Assembly: GCA_903857665.1 (NCBI GenBank)
Contig: CAIOFV010000084.1
Location: forward strand, 16,294 to 80,293
Length of the DNA: 64,000 bases
Reading direction: 5' to 3'
Source: an uncultured Myxococcales bacterium
Lineage (GTDB): Bacteria; Myxococcota_A; UBA9042; DTJE01
The translations under genes were made by a program, and so were the position numbers. The notes below the pieces were generated by a model. That model saw only the letters and a list, made by a program, of their open reading frames with translations. It searched no databases and was not told the origin of the DNA. Positions 53,584-63,199 of the stretch are shown in pieces. Numbering within the stretch: position 1 is the stretch's first letter; every line of letters begins with the position of its first letter.

Positions 53584-55953
53584 ATGCAGACGGTTCGGAC
53601 GGTTTCGGGGATCGCTGTGACTCTGGCGCTGGCTCTGGGATTGGCGGGCCTCTCCTGCGGGGGGAGTTCCACGACCACCCAGGTCGATATCCTCGGCGAC
53701 AACTCCGGCGCCGATGCCGAAGACGTTCCGTCGGCGGACCAGGGAGACGTGCCGCAGCGCGATGGCGAGGAAGTGACCGAGCCCGACGACCTGCTGACCC
53801 CCGATACCGAAGGGACCGTCGGGGACGCGGGCCCCGACGCGACGGCCGATCTGCCGACCGCGGACGTCCCGGAGGACGTGGTCGCGGACGTCGGCCACCA
53901 GTGTACCGTGGACACCGACTGCAACGACCTGAATGCCTGCACGATCGACCGGTGCGTGAACGGCGCGTGTATCCAGGGGCGCGTGCAGTGCGACGACTTC
54001 GACCCCTGCACGATCGACGTGTGCGACCCCGTGAGCGGCTGCGGCACCCAGCCCATTTCCGGGTGCGTCCCGTACGTCTGCACCACCGACGCCCAGTGCG
54101 ACGACGGCGACCCGTGCTCGGTGGACACGTGCAACAAGACCACCGGGGCGTGCCACCGATCGGGGCTCACCTGTGACGACGGCGACCCCTGCACGATCGA
54201 CAGCTGCACGGCCGGCGTCGGCTGCAAGCACTGGCCGAACGGCGCGTGCAAGAAGTGCGTGATCGATTCCGAGTGCGACGACGGCGACGTCTGCACCACG
54301 GACAAGTGCGTTGGCGGCGCCTGCACCCAGGCCCTGACCGTGTGCGACGACGGCAACGCGTGCACGATGGACCGTTGCGATCCCACGAAGGGATGCAAGG
54401 CGGTGCCGATGCCCGGCTGCGGGCCGTGCACCACCGATACCGATTGCGACGACGGCGACGTGTGCACCAAGAACGACCGCTGTTCGGCCGGCACGTGCCT
54501 CCACGACCCGTTGGTCTGCGACGACGGCAACGATTGCACCCAGGACTACTGCAGCCGCGGCCCGGGCTACCCCTACTGCACGTATCGCCAGATGGACGGC
54601 GCCGCCTGCAACGACGGCGACCCCTGCACCGAAAACGACACCTGCGTGGGCACCCAGTGCACCGGCACCCCGAAGACGTGCAACGACAACGACCCCTGCA
54701 CCTCGGACTACTGCGACCCGACGGCGGGATGCGTGAACAGCCCCCTGACGAACTGCGCCGGCTGCACCACCGACGAGGGCTGCAACGACCAGAACGCCTG
54801 CACGGTGGACACATGCGCCAACGGGGTGTGCGGGTACGCGGTCGTTTCGTGCGATGACGGCGACCCCTGCACCAACGACACGTGCGCTCCGACGTCGGGG
54901 TGCGTGCACGGGGCCATCCCGGACTGCGGCGCCACCTGCACGGTGGACAAGGACTGCGACGACGGGAAGTACTGCACGATGGACAAGTGCAAGTCGGGGA
55001 TCTGCCAACACTCGGCGGTATCCTGCGACGACACCAATTCGTGCACCACGGACACCTGCGTCGAGGGCCCTGGCTACCCCTACTGCACGTATTCGACGGT
55101 TGCCGACGGGACCGCGTGCAACGACGGCAACACCTGCACCACCGGCGACGCGTGCAAGGCGAAGGTCTGCACGGGCACCGCGTTGAACTGCGACGACGGC
55201 GACAAGTGCACCATCGACGCCTGCACCGCCGCGGGCGCCTGCACGCACACGGCCATCCCGAACTGCGGATCCACCACCTGCACGGTCGACGGCGATTGCA
55301 ACGACGGGACGTACTGCACGATCGACAAGTGCACCGCGGGGGCGTGCGCGCATTCGGCGGTGTCCTGCGACGACGGCAACCCCTGCACCACCGACACCTG
55401 CGCCGAGGGACCGACGTTCCCCTACTGCATCTACAAGGCGATCCCGAACTGCGGCACCTCCACCTGCACGGTGGACAAGGATTGCGACGACGGGAAGTAC
55501 TGCACGATCGACAAGTGCGTGTCGGGCGCATGCACGCATGGGGCGGTGTCCTGCGATGACAGGAACGCCTGCACCACGGATACCTGCGTCGAGGGCCCAG
55601 GCTATCCCTACTGCTCGTATGCGAACGTCAAGAACGGGACCGCCTGCACCGACGGCAACGCCTGCACCACCGGCGACGTCTGCGCCTCCGGGAAGTGCGC
55701 GGGCACCGCGATTTCGTGCGACGACGGCAACGCCTGCACGACCGACGCGTGCGACAGCACGACGGGCGCCTGCACGCACACGGCGATCGCGGGCTGCACC
55801 ACCGCGTGCACCACGGGCGCGGACTGCAACGACAACAACACGGCCACGTGCGACTGCTGCTGCGCCCTGGCCGGCGCCGCGGCCACCTGCTACAACGTCA
55901 ACAGCATGGGGATCCCCTGCCCCGCATGCTCCACGATCACCGGCTGCAAGTAG
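53584..55953 (+). CDS. Cys-rich lipoprotein with CDDGxxCTxDxC repeats and four GPx(Y/F)PYC inserts
   Basis: ATG after GGAGG, lipobox-like GLSC and an acidic linker. Same repeat family as 43425-48209. Confidence 0.87.
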   Translation: MQTVRTVSGIAVTLALALGLAGLSCGGSSTTTQVDILGDNSGADAEDVPSADQGDVPQRDGEEVTEPDDLLTPDTEGTVGDAGPDATADLPTADVPEDVVADVGHQCTVDTDCNDLNACTIDRCVNGACIQGRVQCDDFDPCTIDVCDPVSGCGTQPISGCVPYVCTTDAQCDDGDPCSVDTCNKTTGACHRSGLTCDDGDPCTIDSCTAGVGCKHWPNGACKKCVIDSECDDGDVCTTDKCVGGACTQALTVCDDGNACTMDRCDPTKGCKAVPMPGCGPCTTDTDCDDGDVCTKNDRCSAGTCLHDPLVCDDGNDCTQDYCSRGPGYPYCTYRQMDGAACNDGDPCTENDTCVGTQCTGTPKTCNDNDPCTSDYCDPTAGCVNSPLTNCAGCTTDEGCNDQNACTVDTCANGVCGYAVVSCDDGDPCTNDTCAPTSGCVHGAIPDCGATCTVDKDCDDGKYCTMDKCKSGICQHSAVSCDDTNSCTTDTCVEGPGYPYCTYSTVADGTACNDGNTCTTGDACKAKVCTGTALNCDDGDKCTIDACTAAGACTHTAIPNCGSTTCTVDGDCNDGTYCTIDKCTAGACAHSAVSCDDGNPCTTDTCAEGPTFPYCIYKAIPNCGTSTCTVDKDCDDGKYCTIDKCVSGACTHGAVSCDDRNACTTDTCVEGPGYPYCSYANVKNGTACTDGNACTTGDVCASGKCAGTAISCDDGNACTTDACDSTTGACTHTAIAGCTTACTTGADCNDNNTATCDCCCALAGAAATCYNVNSMGIPCPACSTITGCK

Positions 55954-56033
55954 GTCCCGAAAAGACGACCGCGCTCGGGTTTGCCTTCCTCCACGTGCAG
56001 TGGCACGATCGGCCCGCCTTGCAGGAGGAATCG

Positions 56034-56522
56034 ATGCAGAAGGTATCCTACGAACATCTGGTCCCGGCGCCGATTGCCAAGGTCCTGGAAGCGTATGCCC
56101 AGGACGACTTCTACATCCTCAAGCTGAAGAACTCGGGCGCGACGACCGTCGAGGTCCTCGAGCGCGAGGAGCAGCCCGGGAACAAGCTGCGCCGCAAGTG
56201 CCGCGCCACGGAACCGTCGCGCGTGCCGGCGATGCTGCGGAAGTCCGATACGGACACGTACGTGGACGACAACGTGCTGGACCGCGACCGGAACGTCATG
56301 ACCTGGAAGGTCACGCCGAACATGATGGCGGACAAGTTCCTTCTGTCCGGGTCGGTCGAATTCCTCGCTGTCGGCTCCCAGACCAAGGTCGTGTTCAACA
56401 CGCAACTGGAAGTGAAGATCCCGCTGATCGGCAGCAAGGCCGAAAAGATCGGGCTGGAAAAGACCTCCGAGGAAGTGGCCCGGCAGGCCGCCTTCCTGAA
56501 GGACTGGGTCGCGAAGCACTGA
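56034..56522 (+). CDS. DUF2505-like (START/SRPBCC-fold) protein
   Basis: ATG after AGGAGG, 162 aa. C-terminal LEVKIPLIGSKAEK pattern. Confidence 0.7.
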   Translation: MQKVSYEHLVPAPIAKVLEAYAQDDFYILKLKNSGATTVEVLEREEQPGNKLRRKCRATEPSRVPAMLRKSDTDTYVDDNVLDRDRNVMTWKVTPNMMADKFLLSGSVEFLAVGSQTKVVFNTQLEVKIPLIGSKAEKIGLEKTSEEVARQAAFLKDWVAKH

Positions 56523-56662
56523 CGCCGGGTCCGACCGAGCCGCCCGATCCGATCGTCGGGCGCGGCGATTTTCCACCTGCACGACACCCTTCCGGCAGCC
56601 CCGGTCTCTGCTATCCTACGGTCCGGTCCTGCGGTCGTGAACGACTTCCAGCGAGGTGGACC

Positions 56663-58324
56663 ATGCGCGAGGTCACGGGCCATTGTCCTTCCTGCCACGC
56701 CGAGGGCCCGGTGGGACAGCCCTGCGGCGAGAACCCGTGCCAGCGGCGCGGCTACCACTTCATCCCCGAAGAGTCCTTCACGAAGGTCCGGGAACTGCCG
56801 GCCGCGAGGATCGACCCGCGCATCGGCCAGTGCATCGGCGAGTATCTGGTCGTGGACGTGCTGGGCGCCGGCGGCTTCGGCAAGGTGTACCTGGTCCTGC
56901 AACTTCCCATCCTGATGAAGGCCGCCCTGAAGGTCATGGAGCGCCCCGAGCAGGATCCGGAACTGCTGGCCGCGCTGGCGAAGCGCTTCGAAGGCGAGGC
57001 GGCGGCGCTGGCCACGCTGACCCATCCGAACATCGTCCGGTTGCTGAAGTACGGCGTGCACGAGGGCGTGCCCTTCCTGGTGATGGAGTTCGTCGAGGGC
57101 AACCGGACCCTGCGCAACGAGATGCAGACGGGGGCCCTGCAGAGCGGCCACATGGACCCGAAGGTGACGGTCCACGTGCTGCGGCAGATCCTCAACGCGC
57201 TGGACGCGGCCCACCAGCGTGGCATCGTGCACCGGGACGTGAAGCCCGAAAACGTGATGCTGCAGGAGATCTCGGGGGACCCGTGGTTCGTCAAGGTGCT
57301 GGACTTCGGGCTGGCCAAGTTCGTCGAGGAGCGCAGCGAGACCAGCCTGATGGTCGGCACCCCGGCCTACATGGCGCCCGAGCAGATCACGCGGCGGAAC
57401 ATCGGCCCGTGGACCGACCTGTACGCGGTGGGCGTGCTGGCGTTCCGGCTGATCACCGGGCGCCTGCCGTTCCAGGGGGACTCGACCCAGGAAACGTACG
57501 CGATGAAGCTGGACGCGTCGTACGACCCCCTGTGCCAGGCGGCGAACAACAACCTTTCGCCCCTGCTGGTGGGCTTCCTGCGGCAGTCCCTGGCCCGGGA
57601 CCCGGAATCGCGCTTCCGCACCGCGGCCGCGTGCCGAAAGGCCTTCGACGCCGTCGCGGACACGGTGGGCCAGGACTACGCGGGCCCCTCGTCGTTCGAT
57701 GACGCCGTGGCGGAGGCCGCACGGGAGCCCGCGCCCCGGCCCGAACGCCGGAAGACCGCCCGGGACACGCACCAGGGCCACTCCATGACCGAGGAGGTCC
57801 GGCGCGTGGGCGACGAGGCCTTCGCGCAGATGGGTTCCTCCTCGGTCGTCTCGACGGAGGCGCGCCGGATCACGGCACCCCAGCCCGTTCGGGATCGGCG
57901 TCCGAAGCGGCGGCTGGTCGGGGCGTTCGAACTGACCCTCCTGGTGCTGGCGGGCCTGGCCGTGGGCATCTACATGGCGCAGTATGGCCCGACGACCGCG
58001 CCGATCCGGCAGTGGCTGGCCCGGGCGGAGGCCTACATGGACCGCGAGGTGCCCGTCGCCTCCAGCAATCCGGGCGCGGTTCTGCCCCCCCCCGAGAAGC
58101 GCGCCGCGATCGTCCACCTCGTCACGACGCCGCCAGCGGCCAGTTTCCACAACGAGGACACGGGCGACGAGCTGGGCGAAACCCCCTCGGACATCCTGAT
58201 TCCCCCCGGCGGCACGCTGCGGATCCACGTCCTGAAAAAGGGCTACAAGGACCAGGTCTTCACGTTGACGCATGCCGATGCGCTGCACCAGCCCGAGCTG
58301 CCGATCCGACTGGTCCGGGAGTGA
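56663..58324 (+). CDS. Membrane Ser/Thr protein kinase with a Cys-rich N-terminus and a PEGA-like C-domain
   Basis: LGAGGFGKVY, AALK, HPNIV, HRDVKPEN, DFGLAK, GTPAYMAPEQ and DLYAVG. One TM helix; LVTTPPAA...LGETP...KKGY. Confidence 0.93.
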   Translation: MREVTGHCPSCHAEGPVGQPCGENPCQRRGYHFIPEESFTKVRELPAARIDPRIGQCIGEYLVVDVLGAGGFGKVYLVLQLPILMKAALKVMERPEQDPELLAALAKRFEGEAAALATLTHPNIVRLLKYGVHEGVPFLVMEFVEGNRTLRNEMQTGALQSGHMDPKVTVHVLRQILNALDAAHQRGIVHRDVKPENVMLQEISGDPWFVKVLDFGLAKFVEERSETSLMVGTPAYMAPEQITRRNIGPWTDLYAVGVLAFRLITGRLPFQGDSTQETYAMKLDASYDPLCQAANNNLSPLLVGFLRQSLARDPESRFRTAAACRKAFDAVADTVGQDYAGPSSFDDAVAEAAREPAPRPERRKTARDTHQGHSMTEEVRRVGDEAFAQMGSSSVVSTEARRITAPQPVRDRRPKRRLVGAFELTLLVLAGLAVGIYMAQYGPTTAPIRQWLARAEAYMDREVPVASSNPGAVLPPPEKRAAIVHLVTTPPAASFHNEDTGDELGETPSDILIPPGGTLRIHVLKKGYKDQVFTLTHADALHQPELPIRLVRE

Positions 58325-58457
58325 CCCCCCCCGATCCGCCTTTCTCCCGTCACCACACGCCCTGACGCTCGTTCTGCGTGGCAACGGCCCCGGAATTCTG
58401 GTACGAGAGGCCCGGGCTCGCTTTGCATAAGAGGAGCGGGCTTCGAGGAGGGGCATC

Positions 58458-59570
58458 ATGGCCGAGAACCAGTGGAGCATCCCGTTCGACGTGATGGAGC
58501 GGTTCATGAAGGACGCGCTCGTTTCGGTGGGCGTCCCCCCCGATGACGCGGCCGTCTGCGCCGACGTCCTCATCACGTCCGACAAGCGGGGCATCGACTC
58601 GCACGGAGTGGGTCGCCTGAAGCCGATCTATGTCGATCGCATCCAGGCGGGCATCCAGTTCCCGGTGACGCAGTTCGAAATCGTGAAGGAAACCGAAACC
58701 ACCGCGGTCATCGACGGCCATGACGGGATGGGCCACGTGATCGGCCGGCGCGCGATGCAGATGGCCATCGACAAGGCGAAACGATACGGCATGGGCGGCG
58801 TCGCGGTGCGCAACTCGACGCATTACGGCATCGCGGGCTACTACGCGCTGATGGCCTGCGAGGCCGGCCAGATCGGCATCTCGGGGACCAACGCCCGGCC
58901 GTCCATCGCGCCGACCTTCGGCGTCGAAAACATGCTGGGCACCAACCCGTTGACGATCGGGTGCCCGACCGACGAGGCGTTCCCGTTCGTCATCGACTGC
59001 GCCACGTCGATCACCCAGCGCGGGAAGATCGAGGTGTACGAGCGCATCGGGAAGCAGATGCCCGAGGGCTGGGTCATCGGCGAGGACGGTACCAGCAAGA
59101 CGGACCCGCACACGGTCCTGAAGGAGTTGGTGGCGGGCACGGCCGCGTTGGCGCCCCTGGGCGGCATCGGCGAGGAGACGGCCGGCTACAAGGGCTACGG
59201 GTACGCCACGGCGGTGGAAATCCTGTCGGCGGCGCTGCAGAAGGGGAGTTTCCTGAAGTCCCTGCTGGGCTACGAGGACGGCAAGAAGGTCCCCTACCAC
59301 CTGGGTCACTTCTTCTTCGCGATCGACATCGAGCACTTCGTGCCGCTGCCCGTGTTCAAGGGCATCGCGGGCACCATCCTCCGGGACCTGCGGGCGTCGC
59401 GGAAGGCCCCCGGCGAAGAGCGCATCTACACCGCGGGCGAAAAGGAGCACCTGGCGTGGCTGGAGCGAAAGGACAGCGGCGTTCCGATCAACGAATCGCT
59501 GCGCCTGGACTGCGACGCGTTGCGGAAGGGCCTGGGCCTGTCGCAGTACCGGTTCCCGTGGGACGTGTAG
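58458..59570 (+). CDS. Ldh_2 family (type 2 malate/L-lactate dehydrogenase-like) oxidoreductase
   Basis: RGIDSHGV, RNSTHYGIAGYY, GTNPL, DCATS and GYKGYG. Confidence 0.92.
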   Translation: MAENQWSIPFDVMERFMKDALVSVGVPPDDAAVCADVLITSDKRGIDSHGVGRLKPIYVDRIQAGIQFPVTQFEIVKETETTAVIDGHDGMGHVIGRRAMQMAIDKAKRYGMGGVAVRNSTHYGIAGYYALMACEAGQIGISGTNARPSIAPTFGVENMLGTNPLTIGCPTDEAFPFVIDCATSITQRGKIEVYERIGKQMPEGWVIGEDGTSKTDPHTVLKELVAGTAALAPLGGIGEETAGYKGYGYATAVEILSAALQKGSFLKSLLGYEDGKKVPYHLGHFFFAIDIEHFVPLPVFKGIAGTILRDLRASRKAPGEERIYTAGEKEHLAWLERKDSGVPINESLRLDCDALRKGLGLSQYRFPWDV

Positions 59571-59609
59571 GCATGTCGGAGCCGGGACGGGCCCCTGCGG
59601 GAAGTTGAT

Positions 59610-61220
59610 CTAGGGGACGCAGTTCCCGAAGGCGTCGCACTTCGTGCCGCCGTTTTCGGTGCAGGGCGTGCCCGGCTGCAGCGGCGGATTCGACGCGACG
59701 CCATCCACGCACACGTTCGCCGTGCACTGCTTGCCGTCATCCGGCACATCGGTGTCGTCGATCAGCAGGCTGGTCCCGCCCTTCCCGTTGCAGATGATCG
59801 TCTTGCAGTCCCCCGGGGCCTGCGTCAGGGGCACCTTGCCGAAATCGGCGACGGTGGTCCCGCAGACGTTCGTGGCATCGCAGGTGCGCGACGTGCATTC
59901 GTCGTCGTTGCCGGGGCAGTCGGTGGGCAGGATGCACTGGACGCACAGGCTGGCGGAACAGTGGGCCGAGGCGCAGTCCCCGTCCTTGTGGCAGGCCAGG
60001 CCGATGTCGCAACCGGGGCACGTCAGGCCGCCACAGTCCTGGGCCGTCTCGTCGCCGTTCTGCACGAGGTCGGTGCACGCCGGCGCCAGGCAGACCGTGC
60101 CGTCGCAGGACCTGGTGGTGCAGTCCGCCGCCGACTTGCAGCCCTCGCCCGCCGGGCACTTGCCGCACGACCCACCGCAGTCCTTCCCGGTTTCATTGCC
60201 GTTCTTCTTGCCGTCGCCGCAGGAGGCCGGACCACACTTCCCGCCCGTGCACACCAGTGACGGGCAATCGTCGTCCACCAGGCAGCCCACGCACGCGCCG
60301 GTGGAATCGCAGACCTTTCCGCCGGTGGTGCAGGCGGTGCCGGTTTCGAGGATCGTGTGCTTGGGCGTGCCCGCGTCGCACTGGTCCACCGTGCAATCGT
60401 TCTTGTCGTCCGGAAGGTCGGTGTCGTCGTTTTCCTGCTGGGTCGTCTGGTCGGCCAGGCAGAGGATCTTCTTGCAGTCCCCGATGGCCTGGTGGGTGGC
60501 CGGGTCGCCGGCGGCGATGATCGAATGGCCGCAGACCCCGTTGGTGCAGGTCCGGACCTTGCAAGGCTGATCGTCGCCGGGGCAGTCGCTGACGCTTGCG
60601 CAGGACATGCAGTGGGTGCTGACGCATCGGCCCGACGCACAGTCGAGCGGGCCGTTGCAGAGGAAGTTGTTGGCGCAGGGCAGGCACTTGTCCCCGCCGC
60701 AATCGATGTCCGACTCGTTGCCGTTCTTGTGGAGATCCTCGCAGGTGGCCGCCAGGCAGGTGCCCAGCACGCACACGCCCGACAGACAGTCGGACATCGC
60801 GACGCACTTCTTGTCGGCCGCGCACGGCGGACAGGTGTTGCCACAGTCGATGTCCGTTTCGGAGGGTCCCAGGAGGCCGTCGCCGCAGGTCGAAACGTTG
60901 CACATGCCCTTGACGCACCAGGTGGTCGCGCAATCCTCGGCAACCGCGCACTTCTGCTGGTAGGTGCAGCCCGCGCAGGACCCCCCGCAGTCGCGGTCGG
61001 TTTCGTCCTCGTCCTGATAGCCGTTCACGCAGTGGGCCGGAAGGACGTCCGGGGACGTTCCGGGATCCGATGCCGGGACATCCTCGACGACCGGCAGGTC
61101 GCCCACGTCGCCGCCGGGGCCGACGGAGTCCCCGCCGGCACTCGTCCCGCCGCACCCGAACGCCGCGACGGCGATCACCGCAACCACCCCGATCCGCACG
61201 AATGAAACACCGTGACGCAT
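59610..61220 (-). CDS. Cys-rich lipoprotein with NGxE(T/S)DxDCGG repeats
   Basis: Lipobox AFGC. Five E(T/S)xxDCG modules and two QxxGDCK...DDTDxPDDxxxCT modules. Confidence 0.85.
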   Translation of the reverse strand: MRHGVSFVRIGVVAVIAVAAFGCGGTSAGGDSVGPGGDVGDLPVVEDVPASDPGTSPDVLPAHCVNGYQDEDETDRDCGGSCAGCTYQQKCAVAEDCATTWCVKGMCNVSTCGDGLLGPSETDIDCGNTCPPCAADKKCVAMSDCLSGVCVLGTCLAATCEDLHKNGNESDIDCGGDKCLPCANNFLCNGPLDCASGRCVSTHCMSCASVSDCPGDDQPCKVRTCTNGVCGHSIIAAGDPATHQAIGDCKKILCLADQTTQQENDDTDLPDDKNDCTVDQCDAGTPKHTILETGTACTTGGKVCDSTGACVGCLVDDDCPSLVCTGGKCGPASCGDGKKNGNETGKDCGGSCGKCPAGEGCKSAADCTTRSCDGTVCLAPACTDLVQNGDETAQDCGGLTCPGCDIGLACHKDGDCASAHCSASLCVQCILPTDCPGNDDECTSRTCDATNVCGTTVADFGKVPLTQAPGDCKTIICNGKGGTSLLIDDTDVPDDGKQCTANVCVDGVASNPPLQPGTPCTENGGTKCDAFGNCVP

Positions 61221-61375
61221 GACTGCCTCCCTGCCGACCCGTGGACGGGCGGTATCCTACCACTTGTCAACGGGCGGGTCGCAACCCCTCGATAGCGCCC
61301 CCTCGATTTCGCGCTGGCCGCTGGCCCTGAACACGGATAGGATCGGCCCCATCACTTCTGGTTCCTGGAGGAATC

Positions 61376-62812
61376 GTGAGGACGCTCGCATCCGTCGCGA
61401 CCCTGGTGTGCCTCTGGAACGCCGTGGCATCCGCCCAGGTGCCTGCCCCGGCGACCGACGCGCCGGCGCCCGCATCGGCCGCGACGGTGGCGGCTCCGGT
61501 CCCGCCACCACCCGCACCCGTTCCGGCGCCCGTGCAGGACGTCGTGCGCCTGGTGCCTTCCCCGGTCACCCCGCCGCCCGACGACACGATGCACCTGCAG
61601 GAGCCCTTCACCTTCGCCTTCAAGAACGGCGTCACCCTGAAGCTCTATGGCAAGCTGGAACTGCTGGCGTACTTCGACACCACCACGCCCTACATCAGCG
61701 ACTGGCTGGCCTGGGTCGAGCCGAAGGGCACGATCAACGGCGACCAGCATTCGTTCAGCATGTCGGTCCGCGGCTCGCCCGTCGGCATCCACATGAACTG
61801 GCCGAAGGTCGCCGGCGACATGGCCTTGAACGCGCGTGTCGAGGTCGACTTCGTGGGCGGCTTCGTGACGGGTGGCAGCAGCGCCTACTCGCCCCTGATG
61901 CGCCTGAAGCAGGCGTGGGTCAGCCTGGACGGCAAGCACGTCACGATCCTGGCCGGGCAGCACTTCGGCGTGTTCGGGCCGCTGTTCCCCGACACGGCGA
62001 ACTGGATCGCGCTGGGCACCTCGGGCAACCCGTGGATCCGCCTGCCCCAGGTGCGCCTGACGGTGCGCGGCGCGGGACTCCAGTGGGACGTCAGCGCGAA
62101 CCGCCCCATGGGGTCGAACGAGGTGCTGACCGACACGGTCAACGACATGATCAGCGACGGCGAATGGAGCGCCATCCCGTTCTTCATGTCCCGGCTGGGG
62201 GGCCAGCACGACCTGGGCGCCGGTGTGGGGCTGGGCTGGGGAGTGTCGGGCGTCTGGGGCCGGGAGAAGGTCCGGCGCGCGCTGGACCCGGCGACCGGCA
62301 AGATCCTGGCGCGCGGCGAAACGGGGGAGATGCACTCGAAGAACGCCGACGTGTGGCTGGCCGACGTGGACCTCAAACTGACCACGAAGTACCTGGACGT
62401 GATGGGCGAGTTCTTCGCCGGCGCCAACGTGAACACCTTCTTCGCGGGGATCCTGCAGGGCGTGGCGATCACCGCGACCGCGGCGAAGGACGGCAATCCC
62501 GCGACGTACAACGTGAAGTCGATCCGCACGATGGGCGGCTGGGGGCAGATCACCGCGAAGCCGACGCGGGACCTCCGGCTGTATGCCGGCGCGGGCATCG
62601 ACCATCCGTACGCTTCGGACCTGGCGCCGATCTACAACGCGAAGGCGCCGCCGCGCCTGTACAACCTGTCCGCGTACGGCGCGGCCCACTACGCGATCGG
62701 CGGGATGTGGCGGGTGGGGCTTGAGGTTTCCTACACCCGCACCCAGTACCTGAAGGACGCCGGCAACAACTACAACATCCGCACCCTGGCCCGGACGTCC
62801 TGGTCCTTCTGA
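61376..62812 (+). CDS. Outer-membrane porin-like protein (DcaP-like)
   Basis: GTG after GGAGG, signal peptide and Pro-rich linker. LKLYGKLEL, VEVDFVGG, MRLKQAW, ILAGQ and RLPQVR; terminal SWSF. Confidence 0.8.
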   Translation: MRTLASVATLVCLWNAVASAQVPAPATDAPAPASAATVAAPVPPPPAPVPAPVQDVVRLVPSPVTPPPDDTMHLQEPFTFAFKNGVTLKLYGKLELLAYFDTTTPYISDWLAWVEPKGTINGDQHSFSMSVRGSPVGIHMNWPKVAGDMALNARVEVDFVGGFVTGGSSAYSPLMRLKQAWVSLDGKHVTILAGQHFGVFGPLFPDTANWIALGTSGNPWIRLPQVRLTVRGAGLQWDVSANRPMGSNEVLTDTVNDMISDGEWSAIPFFMSRLGGQHDLGAGVGLGWGVSGVWGREKVRRALDPATGKILARGETGEMHSKNADVWLADVDLKLTTKYLDVMGEFFAGANVNTFFAGILQGVAITATAAKDGNPATYNVKSIRTMGGWGQITAKPTRDLRLYAGAGIDHPYASDLAPIYNAKAPPRLYNLSAYGAAHYAIGGMWRVGLEVSYTRTQYLKDAGNNYNIRTLARTSWSF

Positions 62813-62854
62813 CGGACGGCCCGGGCACGCAGGCGCATCCGGAGAGGCCCGATC

Positions 62855-63133
62855 GTGGACGACGACCGCGTTCCCCAGAGTCGGCGAGCCCGCAAGCACG
62901 CCGTCAACGAGGGTGTTCGCCGCCTGCTGGACACGCCCGGCTGGAACCCCTACCTGCGCGCCGCCCCGGGCCTCGATCCCGCAGCCCGGGCACGCGAGGC
63001 CCTCCGGCAGGTCCTCGTGGAGCGGGCCGAGGATGCCGCGAAGGCCTGCCCTGACTGCGCGGCGGCCCGGCACGGGTCCGGCGATCCCAGCGACCTGTGC
63101 CCGAAGCACCTCGCCGAGGCGATGGGCCTGTAA
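62855..63133 (+). CDS. Small hypothetical protein with a CxxC...CxxH motif (possible Zn binding)
   Basis: GTG after GGAGAGG; ACPDC...LCPKHLAEAMG. Confidence 0.6.
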   Translation: MDDDRVPQSRRARKHAVNEGVRRLLDTPGWNPYLRAAPGLDPAARAREALRQVLVERAEDAAKACPDCAAARHGSGDPSDLCPKHLAEAMGL

Positions 63134-63199
63134 TCGACACGGCATTGGCAACCTTCGCAGGTCCTTGGTAGATTCCATGACGCCGCGGATGGGTGCGCG

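Noticed and set aside
56001..56023. Sigma54 promoter TGGCACG...TTGCA before the DUF2505-like gene
   Set aside because: The spacer is 11 nt instead of the required 4.
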